Source: Vulcanisaeta distributa DSM 14429 | GTDB taxonomy: Archaea > Thermoproteota > Thermoprotei > Thermoproteales > Thermocladiaceae | Assembly (NCBI RefSeq): GCF_000148385.1 | Contig: NC_014537.1 | Location: 180,001-212,000 of the forward strand | DNA: 32,000 nucleotides | Reading direction: 5' to 3' | Part shown: piece after piece, positions 1-8,079 of the stretch | Layout of the letters: every line of letters starts with the position of its first letter | Numbering within the stretch: the stretch's first letter is position 1 | The notes under the pieces: generated by a model | Told to the model about the DNA's origin: nothing | Databases searched by the model: none | Seen by the model: the letters and a program-made list of their open reading frames with translations, nothing else | Position numbers and translations under genes: made by a program

Positions 1-57
1 TACACAATTAAGAGCTCCGATATAAAGACGCCTAGAGATAATACCAGCTCTACTTCA

Positions 58-1965
58 ATGTATTGTATAAGCACTAAAAATGGCTGTAGATATAGTAACT
101 ATTTCGTTAAGATTTTTGTAGACGGTGATCATAACAATTGGAATCCTGTAATACTTGGATACGAGATTAAAAACACGAGAATGCTCACGCTAGACATTAA
201 GGATTTAATAAGAAAAATAGCCTCATCAATAGTCAATATCGGTGAAGTAGAGCAAGGACAGGACTTAAAGCTTGATTATGAATATAAAACCCTCAGCACA
301 AATACTGCAGTAGTTAATCTACTAAGGCATTACCTATCTCATGACTTGGTAATAACGTATTACTTAACAAGGCTTGGCTTCACAAAGATCGATAAATACG
401 TTAATCTTTCAATACTAATAAATGATTTATTCCTCGGTAATAAACTAACCGTGAAGTTGGAAAAGGACGATGTTAAGGATCTTGCTAGTGATATTATTAA
501 TGATTTCATTAAATCATTTGATAAGGAAATAAGGCAGTCCTGGATATCATTATTACGATATGTATTATCCACGGTCAAAGGTGAGAGGTTAGAAACATAC
601 CGTATATTTCGTGAATGTAAGAATAATAAAAATACTCAAAGATACTGTATTCCTCACGAGGAAGCGGAGAATATTTGGAATAACATAGAAAAGCGAATAG
701 AAGGTATCTTAAAGAACTATAGTGAAATACCGAGTTACTTTGGGGTTAGGACTACTTATTGGTACGTTGGCGCTATTATTGATATCATAAAGCATACATT
801 AAGTCATCATTTAATAAGAACTATTAGCACAAGATATAGTGTTAACCCAAGTAAACTTATTGAGTATTATTACGAAATGAGAGGAGACGCTAAGGTTTCC
901 ATCATGGAAAGGGACTCTGGGGGTATTGGTGTATTAAATGTGGCCTTTGAGTCATGGGAAAAATCTGATAAGGAATTGAGGGAGAGACAAGTCGCTATTG
1001 AGGACCTCATACTATCCTTAGGTAAGTGCCTTGTCGGTACTCCTGAAGACTTACTGCACTTCGCGTTGCTGAATGATGATATTCGTGAAAGGTTATGTAG
1101 CGGTAAAGATAATGATGTAAGAGAGGGTATAAGGGAGATTATTAGGAGATTGAACATAATAGTTACCCCAGATGAGTTTGAGGAGACTATTAAGTTATGG
1201 AAATCAATATACGAGGAGGCTGATAGACTTACACGAATATTACGCAATGGGAATAATTACTTAGGTAATGAACCATGTAAATTATTAAGGGCTGTTCATG
1301 AGTTAAGACATGAACTGGAGAAGAAAATGAGGAGGTTTCCGGACATGGACGAATTGATGGCTTATATGCTCGAGAATATTGATGAATACTCCATACTTAA
1401 TGATTTGCTAACTAAGATGCTAGAGAGGGGGCTTAGGACCTCTGGCAGGTTTAGGGAATTTCTTCATGAGTTGTATGGAACGAATGATTATGTTAAGAGG
1501 TTCATAGGGGGTGTTAATTTTATCCTGAGAAGCAGAATACAGGACATCGATCATTTAAAGGAACTGGTGAGAAACAGTAATGATATCGTGTCAAAGTACG
1601 GCACTAAGGCGCTTGAGAAAATAACTGAATGTGTAGGTAAGCGAAGGGATGGTGATGATACGTGTAAAGCAGTTATACATGCATTGAAGCTTTTGGGTAG
1701 GGCACTCCGTGCGGTGTTAATGAGGATCTCGCTACTTAGTTGTAATGGTGCATGCGGTATGTGCTATGTGAATACTAAGTCATGCAGTAGGTTTGGCGCA
1801 CCCTTCATTCAGGCCAGGACACTTGATAGGAGGGTCCTTAAGGTACTTGCCTCCGAACTCGTTAGGCACATGAGCGATATCGTTAGGGATTACTACGGCG
1901 TTAATAAGGATGTTGATGTTATTGTGGAGCTTGGCGGTGAGCCCCGTACATTGAGGTGTGAATAA
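58..1965 (+). CDS. DUF1998 / MrfA-type zinc-ribbon domain protein (DISARM DrmB-like); may begin left of the window
   Basis: 635-codon ORF. 'HTLSHHL' (aa 246-252), then 'ERDSGGIG' (aa 284-291), then a C-terminal 4-Cys cluster C562-x3-C566-x2-C569-x6-C576 (nt 1741-1785) fit my recollection of the DUF1998 pattern. TAATG stop/start overlap with the next gene. ATATAAA at 20-26 lies about 35 nt upstream of the ATG. The frame has no stop back to nt 1, so an upstream start outside the window is possible. Confidence 0.55.
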   Translation: MYCISTKNGCRYSNYFVKIFVDGDHNNWNPVILGYEIKNTRMLTLDIKDLIRKIASSIVNIGEVEQGQDLKLDYEYKTLSTNTAVVNLLRHYLSHDLVITYYLTRLGFTKIDKYVNLSILINDLFLGNKLTVKLEKDDVKDLASDIINDFIKSFDKEIRQSWISLLRYVLSTVKGERLETYRIFRECKNNKNTQRYCIPHEEAENIWNNIEKRIEGILKNYSEIPSYFGVRTTYWYVGAIIDIIKHTLSHHLIRTISTRYSVNPSKLIEYYYEMRGDAKVSIMERDSGGIGVLNVAFESWEKSDKELRERQVAIEDLILSLGKCLVGTPEDLLHFALLNDDIRERLCSGKDNDVREGIREIIRRLNIIVTPDEFEETIKLWKSIYEEADRLTRILRNGNNYLGNEPCKLLRAVHELRHELEKKMRRFPDMDELMAYMLENIDEYSILNDLLTKMLERGLRTSGRFREFLHELYGTNDYVKRFIGGVNFILRSRIQDIDHLKELVRNSNDIVSKYGTKALEKITECVGKRRDGDDTCKAVIHALKLLGRALRAVLMRISLLSCNGACGMCYVNTKSCSRFGAPFIQARTLDRRVLKVLASELVRHMSDIVRDYYGVNKDVDVIVELGGEPRTLRCE

Positions 1966-2732
1966 TGCTATGGATATGTAAGGACTCTAGTAGAAGCCTT
2001 TCATCAATGTCCATCGAGGAGTTAATGAGGCGGTTTCTTCACGAATCATTTGGGAGTAAGTACATTTACATTATTTCTCCCTGGATCACGCCGTTTACGT
2101 TAAGTTCACGCTTTATTCATTATCCTTATGTATCATCTAATAACGTTATTGATGTACTTAAAGCACTGAGTAATTCGGGCGTTGGTGTTAAGGTCTTAAT
2201 GAGGTGTATCGATGATTCCATGGATATTCAACTCATAAGGGTATTGACTAACTTAGTTCGGGAGAGGCAGATTATACTCAACAACGAGGTTAAGTCATTC
2301 TTTAGAGATAGAATTGATGACTTCCTTAATCGTGCTAATGCAATGATAGACTTAGCTAGGGACCTAAAGGATGCGGTTAGATTTGACTTAGGCGCTGATG
2401 ATAAGCTTCTCACATGGTATAGACTTCATACTAAGCTTTACATTAATGACCACTCTGTTATTATGGGTTCAGCCAACTTTACGAGAGGGGGCATTCTCGA
2501 TGATGGTAATTGGGAGTGTGTGAGTCACTTCACTAAGGAGGAGAATACGGAGATCTACAACTACGCATTGAGAGTTGCCCAACATTACTTCAGTATTAGT
2601 AAAGGTTTTAGTGATTGTGAACGTAGGGTTGTGAGAATTGTCAATGAGTTCGGCGGCGTGGTTAACGAGCCAATTTACAGTATTGAGGACCTAATTGAGT
2701 ACCTGGAGCGGGTTAGGGATAGCCTATATTGA
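1965..2732 (+). CDS. PLD-superfamily (HKD) nuclease, DrmC/Nuc-like
   Basis: 255-codon ORF with a single HKD motif H155-T-K-LYIN-D-HSVIM-GSAN (nt 2427-2477), i.e. HxKxxxxD...GSxN. The ATG overlaps the upstream stop by 1 nt, suggesting translational coupling. Confidence 0.75.
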   Translation: MLWICKDSSRSLSSMSIEELMRRFLHESFGSKYIYIISPWITPFTLSSRFIHYPYVSSNNVIDVLKALSNSGVGVKVLMRCIDDSMDIQLIRVLTNLVRERQIILNNEVKSFFRDRIDDFLNRANAMIDLARDLKDAVRFDLGADDKLLTWYRLHTKLYINDHSVIMGSANFTRGGILDDGNWECVSHFTKEENTEIYNYALRVAQHYFSISKGFSDCERRVVRIVNEFGGVVNEPIYSIEDLIEYLERVRDSLY

Positions 2733-3464
2733 TCTTCGTCTTTGTTCTATCAGGCCGTACCTCAGGGCGTGCCTGTTTATCCAGACCGCTGTCATTGTTA
2801 GGGGTGTCAGCATTACTTTCCCCAGGGCTTGGTAGAGCGCCGTCAGTACTAATTGGTTGTTTGGTATTGTTCCGTAGAATGCCAGTGGCACGAATACGAG
2901 GGAGTCAATGAGCATGCTCACGGGGTCTGAGTAGCCAACCCTCCTAAGCACGCCACCCCTTAACCTACTCACTAGGTAAACGTCGTAGGTTTGCTATGTC
3001 GTGAATGCCACCACTGAGGCTATTACAACCCTAATATTCACTGTCATGACCTCAGCAAATGCACCCTGCATTTTCCAGATTGGGGCTGGTGGGAATTCAA
3101 TTACGAGGTAATTAAGCAATGCTATTAGGAGTTGTGTTATTATGGCTATCCTGACCACGGCATAGCCATAGCCCCTGCCGTACCTGAGGGTTACGTAGTC
3201 GAGTATAGCCACTGAGGCTGAGTATGTGATTAACCCCATTGGGAACATTATTGGTCCAATGGCCCCAATCTTACTCGCCAGGTATTGACTAGTGGTTAGT
3301 AATAGCATGTATAGCATGAAGGATATTGGGAGTAGGTAATCATGCCTACCCAGCCTATACAATGCCCAGAGTATTGATGATGTGACGAAGTAAGTCACAA
3401 CAGAGCTCAGGTAGAACAGGCCCAACGCCGTTAATACCGCGCCCATGGTGATCACACCAACCAC
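2724..3464 (-). pseudogene. yhhQ: YhhQ/DUF165-family queuosine-precursor (preQ0/preQ1) transporter interrupted by one in-frame TAG
   Basis: Track ORFs 2994-3464 (156 aa) and 2724-2972 (82 aa) are in the same frame (3464-2972=492). They are separated only by TAG at 2994-2996 plus 7 sense codons. The joined reading '...TTSQYLASKIG...ASVVAFTT*QTYDVYLVSRLRGG..RRVGYSDPVSMLIDSLVFVPLAFYG' is collinear with the YhhQ pattern as I recall it (A-S-x-x-A-Y-x-x-G-Q-x-x-D-V...R-L-R...S-x-x-x-D-x-x-x-F-x-x-x-A-F). The hydrophobic profile is polytopic. Confidence 0.7.
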
Positions 3465-5299
3465 TGATCGAGGGTTGACTTGGCGAGTGACTCCACAATT
3501 TCACGCAACTCCCTAATCTTCCTAAGCCTGGCGCTTAGACTTCCGGCGATGATAATCGCGGCCCTAACACCATTGACCTTACCCACGGCGCTCTTCGGCA
3601 GTATTAAGACCGCGTTCTCCTCATGCACGAGCCTATTAAGCACGCCCTCAATGGCGTGGGCATACTCACGGGGTAACGCAACAATTACTAAGTCGTAGCC
3701 ATTACCAACAACGCGCATTAGCTTGTCCTCGACCCCCATCCTCCTCGACCAATTCCTAATCCACTCCTTATCCCTGCCCTTGAGGGATGCCTCATACGGT
3801 ATTATTGGGTAATCCTCCCTAATGAGTCCATACCTCGCACTGATTATGTATAGGTCAACCACCTTACCAAGCCTCCTCAACTCATCTGCCAGGTTCTTGA
3901 TAGCCCTGAAGGAGCCCCCATACATCTCGCCGGCAGGCTTTATGAAGCCCCTGAGTACCTCCCTATACCTATCCTCAAGCTCAATGTCGAAGGAGGGCAT
4001 CCTCAATGAGTGCTTCATTAATGCTTTCTGGACCTCATTAATATTGACGGTCTTACTCGAGGTGCAGTTCGTGATTATTAAAACCCTCCTCGCACCCCTC
4101 AGCTTAACCGCCAAGTCACTGCTCAATGCGGTGGCGCCTTCACCGTTGGTGCTGACCTCAAGTTTGGGTATTGTGAATTTCGTGATTAACTCATCACGAT
4201 TAAGCAGCTTGCTAAATACGTACACGTTGTGGAATCCCCTCCTCCTATTCCTGTTGTTTCCCCTGAATATAACTACGTCAATACCTATTGACCTACAGAC
4301 ACCACAGTCACACTTTTTCCAGGGCATGTCCCTAAGGAGCGCGGCGTAGTACGGTAGGTAGTGCGTATGGCCGATGCGAGCTACGTAACTCCTCAGGGCA
4401 CTCATTACCTCGTCATACGTTATCCTGCCCTCATCATAGAGCCTGAGCTTCCTCATTAATTCATCATCCCTCTCAACAATCCTAATAGCCGTGTACGCCT
4501 TACCATCGGTGGTTAGGTAATTGCCTAACTCCCTGGTCCAGGCAATCCTCAGCACAGTGGAGCTGTCAAAGGAGACCTCACCAACGTAATTGCTCAACTT
4601 CCTCAGCTTGGGTATTACCGAGAGCCTTGTTATTCCCAAGAAGTGAACCTTCTCGACATCACCCAGCTTACTAACGACCTCCCTGATCCTGGTCACCAAC
4701 TCATCTATGAACTTCGTATCCCTCCTGGCGAGGCCCCCAATGGCGAAGTGCCTATAACCAACCTTATACAGTCTCTCCAGGTTATTTACGTAATCGTCGA
4801 TTGTCAAACCCTGCACCGAGGCCATGAGCCTAAAGCCGTAATTACCGCCCCTCCAGGCCTCCAGCATCTTAATGGCGTTGTTTATCGTGATCTCAATCCT
4901 CCTCTGTGAGTCGCCGAAGAGGGGTATGTGGTCGAGGGTTACTCCATAGTCTACGCCGAGCGCCTCGTAGTACTGTAGCACCTCACTTATCGTGTACGGC
5001 GGGACATCCATGTACCTATACTGCCACGCACCGCAATCACCAATTACCTGCATGCTACTGGGTAGCCTCATAAAGCCACGCACACCACCGGCACTCCTTA
5101 TCCCGTTTAGCTTTGTTTTGGTAATCACGGATATCGAGACCAGGACACCATCAATGACATTGCCGACCAACTCCCAAAGTCTTGCACCGTTCACGTACTT
5201 ATCCCTCTTAAAGCCCTCCGAGGGTTTCTCGCTTATGAAGTCGTAACCTGAATCGACAATGTCATCCCAATCAGGCAATATGAACTTTAGCCTCCTCAT
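3452..5299 (-). CDS. TGT-fold transglycosylase, DpdA-like, fused to a C-terminal YaaA/DUF328-like domain
   Basis: 615 codons. TGT hallmarks are retained: 'GVDYGVTLDHIP' (D123), 'FAIGGLA', 'VHFLGI', 'EVSFDSS' (D245), and the Zn site C330-x-C332-x2-C335...H357-N (nt 4229-4312). The N-terminus 'FILPDWDDIVDSGYDF' is unlike tRNA ArcTGT, and no PUA-like tail is recognisable. Residues about 404-615 carry 'VLIITNCTSSKT', 'IISARYGLIREDYPIIPYEASL' and 'LVIVALPREY'. Confidence 0.7.
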   Translation of the reverse strand: MRRLKFILPDWDDIVDSGYDFISEKPSEGFKRDKYVNGARLWELVGNVIDGVLVSISVITKTKLNGIRSAGGVRGFMRLPSSMQVIGDCGAWQYRYMDVPPYTISEVLQYYEALGVDYGVTLDHIPLFGDSQRRIEITINNAIKMLEAWRGGNYGFRLMASVQGLTIDDYVNNLERLYKVGYRHFAIGGLARRDTKFIDELVTRIREVVSKLGDVEKVHFLGITRLSVIPKLRKLSNYVGEVSFDSSTVLRIAWTRELGNYLTTDGKAYTAIRIVERDDELMRKLRLYDEGRITYDEVMSALRSYVARIGHTHYLPYYAALLRDMPWKKCDCGVCRSIGIDVVIFRGNNRNRRRGFHNVYVFSKLLNRDELITKFTIPKLEVSTNGEGATALSSDLAVKLRGARRVLIITNCTSSKTVNINEVQKALMKHSLRMPSFDIELEDRYREVLRGFIKPAGEMYGGSFRAIKNLADELRRLGKVVDLYIISARYGLIREDYPIIPYEASLKGRDKEWIRNWSRRMGVEDKLMRVVGNGYDLVIVALPREYAHAIEGVLNRLVHEENAVLILPKSAVGKVNGVRAAIIIAGSLSARLRKIRELREIVESLAKSTLDQWLV

Positions 5300-5468
5300 T
5301 ACCTACACCTAGTTATTACCGGCGCAATAAATTAAGCCAGTAATTGAGGGCTCATGTATTGACAGGAGTATCATGCGAGTATTCCCTTAAATTGTCGTGT
5401 TTCATTGTGTTCCACTCAATTACATAGTATTTAATCAATTTACCTGGTTAAAAGATATTGCGATAAGA

Positions 5469-5476
5469 TTTATTAA
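5469..5476 (+). promoter_or_regulatory. TATA-like box (TTTATTAA) for the 5508-8034 operon
   Basis: AT-rich octamer centred about 35 nt upstream of ATG 5508. Similar TATA-like element to ATG spacings are seen at 20-26/58 (about 35 nt) and 8043-8049/8080 (about 34 nt), consistent with short or no leaders. It sits in a 208-bp divergent intergenic region. Confidence 0.35.
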
Positions 5477-5507
5477 GTACAGCTTTGGCCAGGTCTAGTG
5501 GGTCTTC

Positions 5508-6164
5508 ATGAGGCCCTTCACGCTGAGGGGTATTTACGAATTCCTAAACCTGCTTAGGTCCGGTGGTTCCATAGGCGGTGATAGGAGGTTGAGGGAATTC
5601 CTCAGGGCATCCCTCGACCTGGGCTTCGTGAGTGAGGTGAATGGTACATACGTAATCACCGAGAGGGGGTCACGCTTCATGAGTGCGATGGAGGTCGGCG
5701 ATGCCACCACGATCCACGCACTGCTTATGGATAGCCTTGAGAGTTATAGGAGGGTTTACGAATTAGTGAGCAGGGGCGTTACTAAGCCGAGTGAATTGAT
5801 TAGGTTGACAGGTTATAATGCCGTGGTCATTGATATAGTGATGAGGCTCATAAGGGAGGTTGAGGCATTGAGCCCGGGCTCGCCACTTAGTAAGGACTTA
5901 TACGCCAGGTTTGAGGAGGTATTACTGAGTAAGTATAGGGAGTTGAGTAGGAGGAGATGGAGCAGATACGTACCAATCACGGAGTTAGTTAGGGAGGTTA
6001 GGAATGAACTCAATATACCCAATAGGGTCGTTAATGCATTCCTTGAGGAGTTCATCAGAAGGATGGGTAGTAAGGTCGTACTCACCGGAGCACCTGGTAA
6101 GGGTGGTAGGGGGTCAATGGAGATCAATGGTAGGAGGTTCACGTACATAATGATCGGTGATTAG
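5508..6164 (+). CDS. Winged-helix (wHTH)-like protein of unknown function
   Basis: 218-codon ORF. 'LGFVSEVNGTYVITERGSRF' looks like a recognition-helix-plus-wing segment, and a second helical repeat follows. The stop lies 2 nt before the next ATG. Confidence 0.45.
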   Translation: MRPFTLRGIYEFLNLLRSGGSIGGDRRLREFLRASLDLGFVSEVNGTYVITERGSRFMSAMEVGDATTIHALLMDSLESYRRVYELVSRGVTKPSELIRLTGYNAVVIDIVMRLIREVEALSPGSPLSKDLYARFEEVLLSKYRELSRRRWSRYVPITELVREVRNELNIPNRVVNAFLEEFIRRMGSKVVLTGAPGKGGRGSMEINGRRFTYIMIGD

Positions 6165-6166
6165 TC

Positions 6167-7117
6167 ATGAGGACCCTACTACCGATACCGTCAATTGAGG
6201 ATGCCGAGCACATATTTGACCCTCACGGCATTACCGAAGAACTCACGAAATACGTAAACCTAGTGGCCAGCGGCCCCTCGGGTGCAGGCGTGATAATTGG
6301 CAACTACGGCTTTGGGAAGACCCACGTAATGCTCCACTTAATGAGCATTGTCAGGAAGAGGTTCACTAATTCAGTAATTATTTATGTAAACACGCCGGGA
6401 CAAAGCATACTCAATGTCTATAGGGCGCTAATGGTGGGCGTGCTCGATGGTGGGCTCCTCGACAGGGCTGTGAATGGGTTGGGCACGCCCATTAGGGACT
6501 TGGTGCTTTTGTTGAGGGAGGGTGGTGATGAGGCTAGGTACGCGAGGCAGTGGTTGCTCGGTGACCCAGCACCGCAGGGGTTTAGGGCTAAGTATGGGCT
6601 TCCATCAACTAGGGTTAATGATGAACTGGCGGTTAAGTTCATGGTGGAGGTGATAAATGCCCTCACCGGCGTTGGTTACGGCCCCGTACTCATAATGCTC
6701 GATGAGTTTGAGGACGTGATAACCATTGGGCCCACCAGGAAGCTCCAGTACCTGAGTCAATTGAGGGTTTTCATCGATAACCTACCTAGTAAGACCTTAT
6801 TCATGGTGTCATCAACACCCGCCGGTTGGGATGAGATTGTCAATACTTACCCAGCCCTCGCCAGGAGGCTATCATCATTCATAATTTACCTAAGGCCCTT
6901 CAACATTGACGAGACCAGGCAATTCATAAATGAATTCACGAGGTGGAGGGGAATTAAGATACCGTTAAGTGATGAGTTGGTTAGGACGATATACGAATTC
7001 ACCGAGGGTAACCCAGGGGAGGTGGTTAAGGCCGTTAACTTAATACTCATGGAATTTGGCGGTGTGGGGTCTCTGGACATTGCGAGGGTTAAGGAGTTGT
7101 TATCGAGGCATGTCTAG
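6167..7117 (+). CDS. P-loop NTPase (AAA/ORC-Cdc6-like or DUF2791-like)
   Basis: 316 codons. Walker A 'GNYGFGKT' (aa 45-52, nt 6299-6322), Walker B 'LIMLDEFED' (aa 175-183), and a C-terminal 'FTEGNPGEVVKAV' lid-like helix. Only 2-nt gaps separate it from both neighbours. Confidence 0.75.
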   Translation: MRTLLPIPSIEDAEHIFDPHGITEELTKYVNLVASGPSGAGVIIGNYGFGKTHVMLHLMSIVRKRFTNSVIIYVNTPGQSILNVYRALMVGVLDGGLLDRAVNGLGTPIRDLVLLLREGGDEARYARQWLLGDPAPQGFRAKYGLPSTRVNDELAVKFMVEVINALTGVGYGPVLIMLDEFEDVITIGPTRKLQYLSQLRVFIDNLPSKTLFMVSSTPAGWDEIVNTYPALARRLSSFIIYLRPFNIDETRQFINEFTRWRGIKIPLSDELVRTIYEFTEGNPGEVVKAVNLILMEFGGVGSLDIARVKELLSRHV

Positions 7118-7119
7118 GC

Positions 7120-8034
7120 ATGCCGAGGCTATACATAACCTGGTACGCAGAGCCTGAGGACCCACACTACTGGAGGTTCTTTAGGGTCGGTGGTATCACG
7201 GTCTCACTAAAGTCCTTACTTAAAATGCCTAGGTGGAAATTCACGAGGGTTTTAAGCCAGGGGTTCAGGAGGTTCTTTAATTACGATGGGCCGCTACTCG
7301 TGGACTCCATGCTCACTGAGGTCCATGCACCACGAAGTAACATGCATGGTGATATACCCCAATCACACGTATTATACCTGCAGTACCTACTTGGCTCCGA
7401 CATACTGATTCAGAGGGATTACCCACTGATCCACGTTGACGACCCAGGACTAAGGACTAAACTCTTCAATAGGAACTTGGCAATGGCTGAGGCAGCGCTT
7501 AGGTTTGGTGACTTGGTTGGTAAGGACGTGATGCTCGTGGTTCACGGCTGGAACTTAAACACATACATCAAATGCGCCGAGTACTATAGGGACTTAGGCG
7601 TGAAGTACGTCGGTATTGGATCCCTGGTGCCCCATAGGAGCAACACAAAGTTCTTAATCAATGTGGTTAAGGGTGTTCGCGAAGTCCTCGGTAGTCACGT
7701 CCACATGCACCTCTTCGGCATTAGTACGATAGAGTTAATAACGCAGTTGGGTAACTACGTCGATAGCGTTGACGTGAGTACACCCGCCATTGCCGGTGCT
7801 AAGAAGGAGTTAATTGTTTGGGATGGCAGTAGGTTAATTAGGGTTAAAACAACCACCGTGACCGGGATAAAGATAATGAGCGAGTTAATCGAGAGGTCAA
7901 GTGATGAGTTGGAGAGAAAACTCTTACTCGGCATACTCAATGCCAGGAGTTTGAGGGATAAGAACCTTCATACGATGATTTACAATGCGTACATAATTAC
8001 GAAGTACTGGAATTCAGTCATTGATAAACAATAG
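7120..8034 (+). CDS. Second TGT-fold (DpdA-like) paralog, short, lacking the CxCxxC zinc site
   Basis: 304 codons. 'GSDILIQRDYP' (D100), 'YVGIGSLVPHRSNTKF', 'HMHLFGIS' and 'YVDSVDVSTPAIAG' (D218) parallel the motifs of the 615-aa protein. No Cys triad occurs at the equivalent C-terminal position. Confidence 0.6.
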   Translation: MPRLYITWYAEPEDPHYWRFFRVGGITVSLKSLLKMPRWKFTRVLSQGFRRFFNYDGPLLVDSMLTEVHAPRSNMHGDIPQSHVLYLQYLLGSDILIQRDYPLIHVDDPGLRTKLFNRNLAMAEAALRFGDLVGKDVMLVVHGWNLNTYIKCAEYYRDLGVKYVGIGSLVPHRSNTKFLINVVKGVREVLGSHVHMHLFGISTIELITQLGNYVDSVDVSTPAIAGAKKELIVWDGSRLIRVKTTTVTGIKIMSELIERSSDELERKLLLGILNARSLRDKNLHTMIYNAYIITKYWNSVIDKQ

Positions 8035-8079
8035 GCATAAACATTATAACTCCTAGCTAGACCCCATAAATAATGGGCA

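Noticed and set aside
2994-2996. TAG in the YhhQ-like gene as programmed pyrrolysine or other recoding
   Set aside because: No Pyl machinery or recoding signal is visible in the window, and Pyl is not known in this lineage. A nonsense mutation, a sequencing error or a split gene is more parsimonious.
3480-5246. Plus-strand ORFs 3480-3698, 3822-4349, 4643-4909 and 4992-5246
   Set aside because: All lie antisense within the 615-codon TGT-fold gene, which has strong motif support. Their translations are Ser/Leu/Pro-rich shadow-ORF sequence. The same reasoning applies to the other antisense track ORFs inside thiC, argC, carB, argH, argG, lysK and others.
3452-5299. Interpreting the 615-aa protein as the ordinary tRNA archaeosine transglycosylase (ArcTGT)
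   Set aside because: The N-terminus lacks the ArcTGT substrate-binding lead-in. No PUA-type C-terminal domains are recognisable. The gene context (PLD nuclease, DUF1998 protein, ATPase, second TGT paralog) is not tRNA-like. A phylogeny is still needed to exclude this interpretation.
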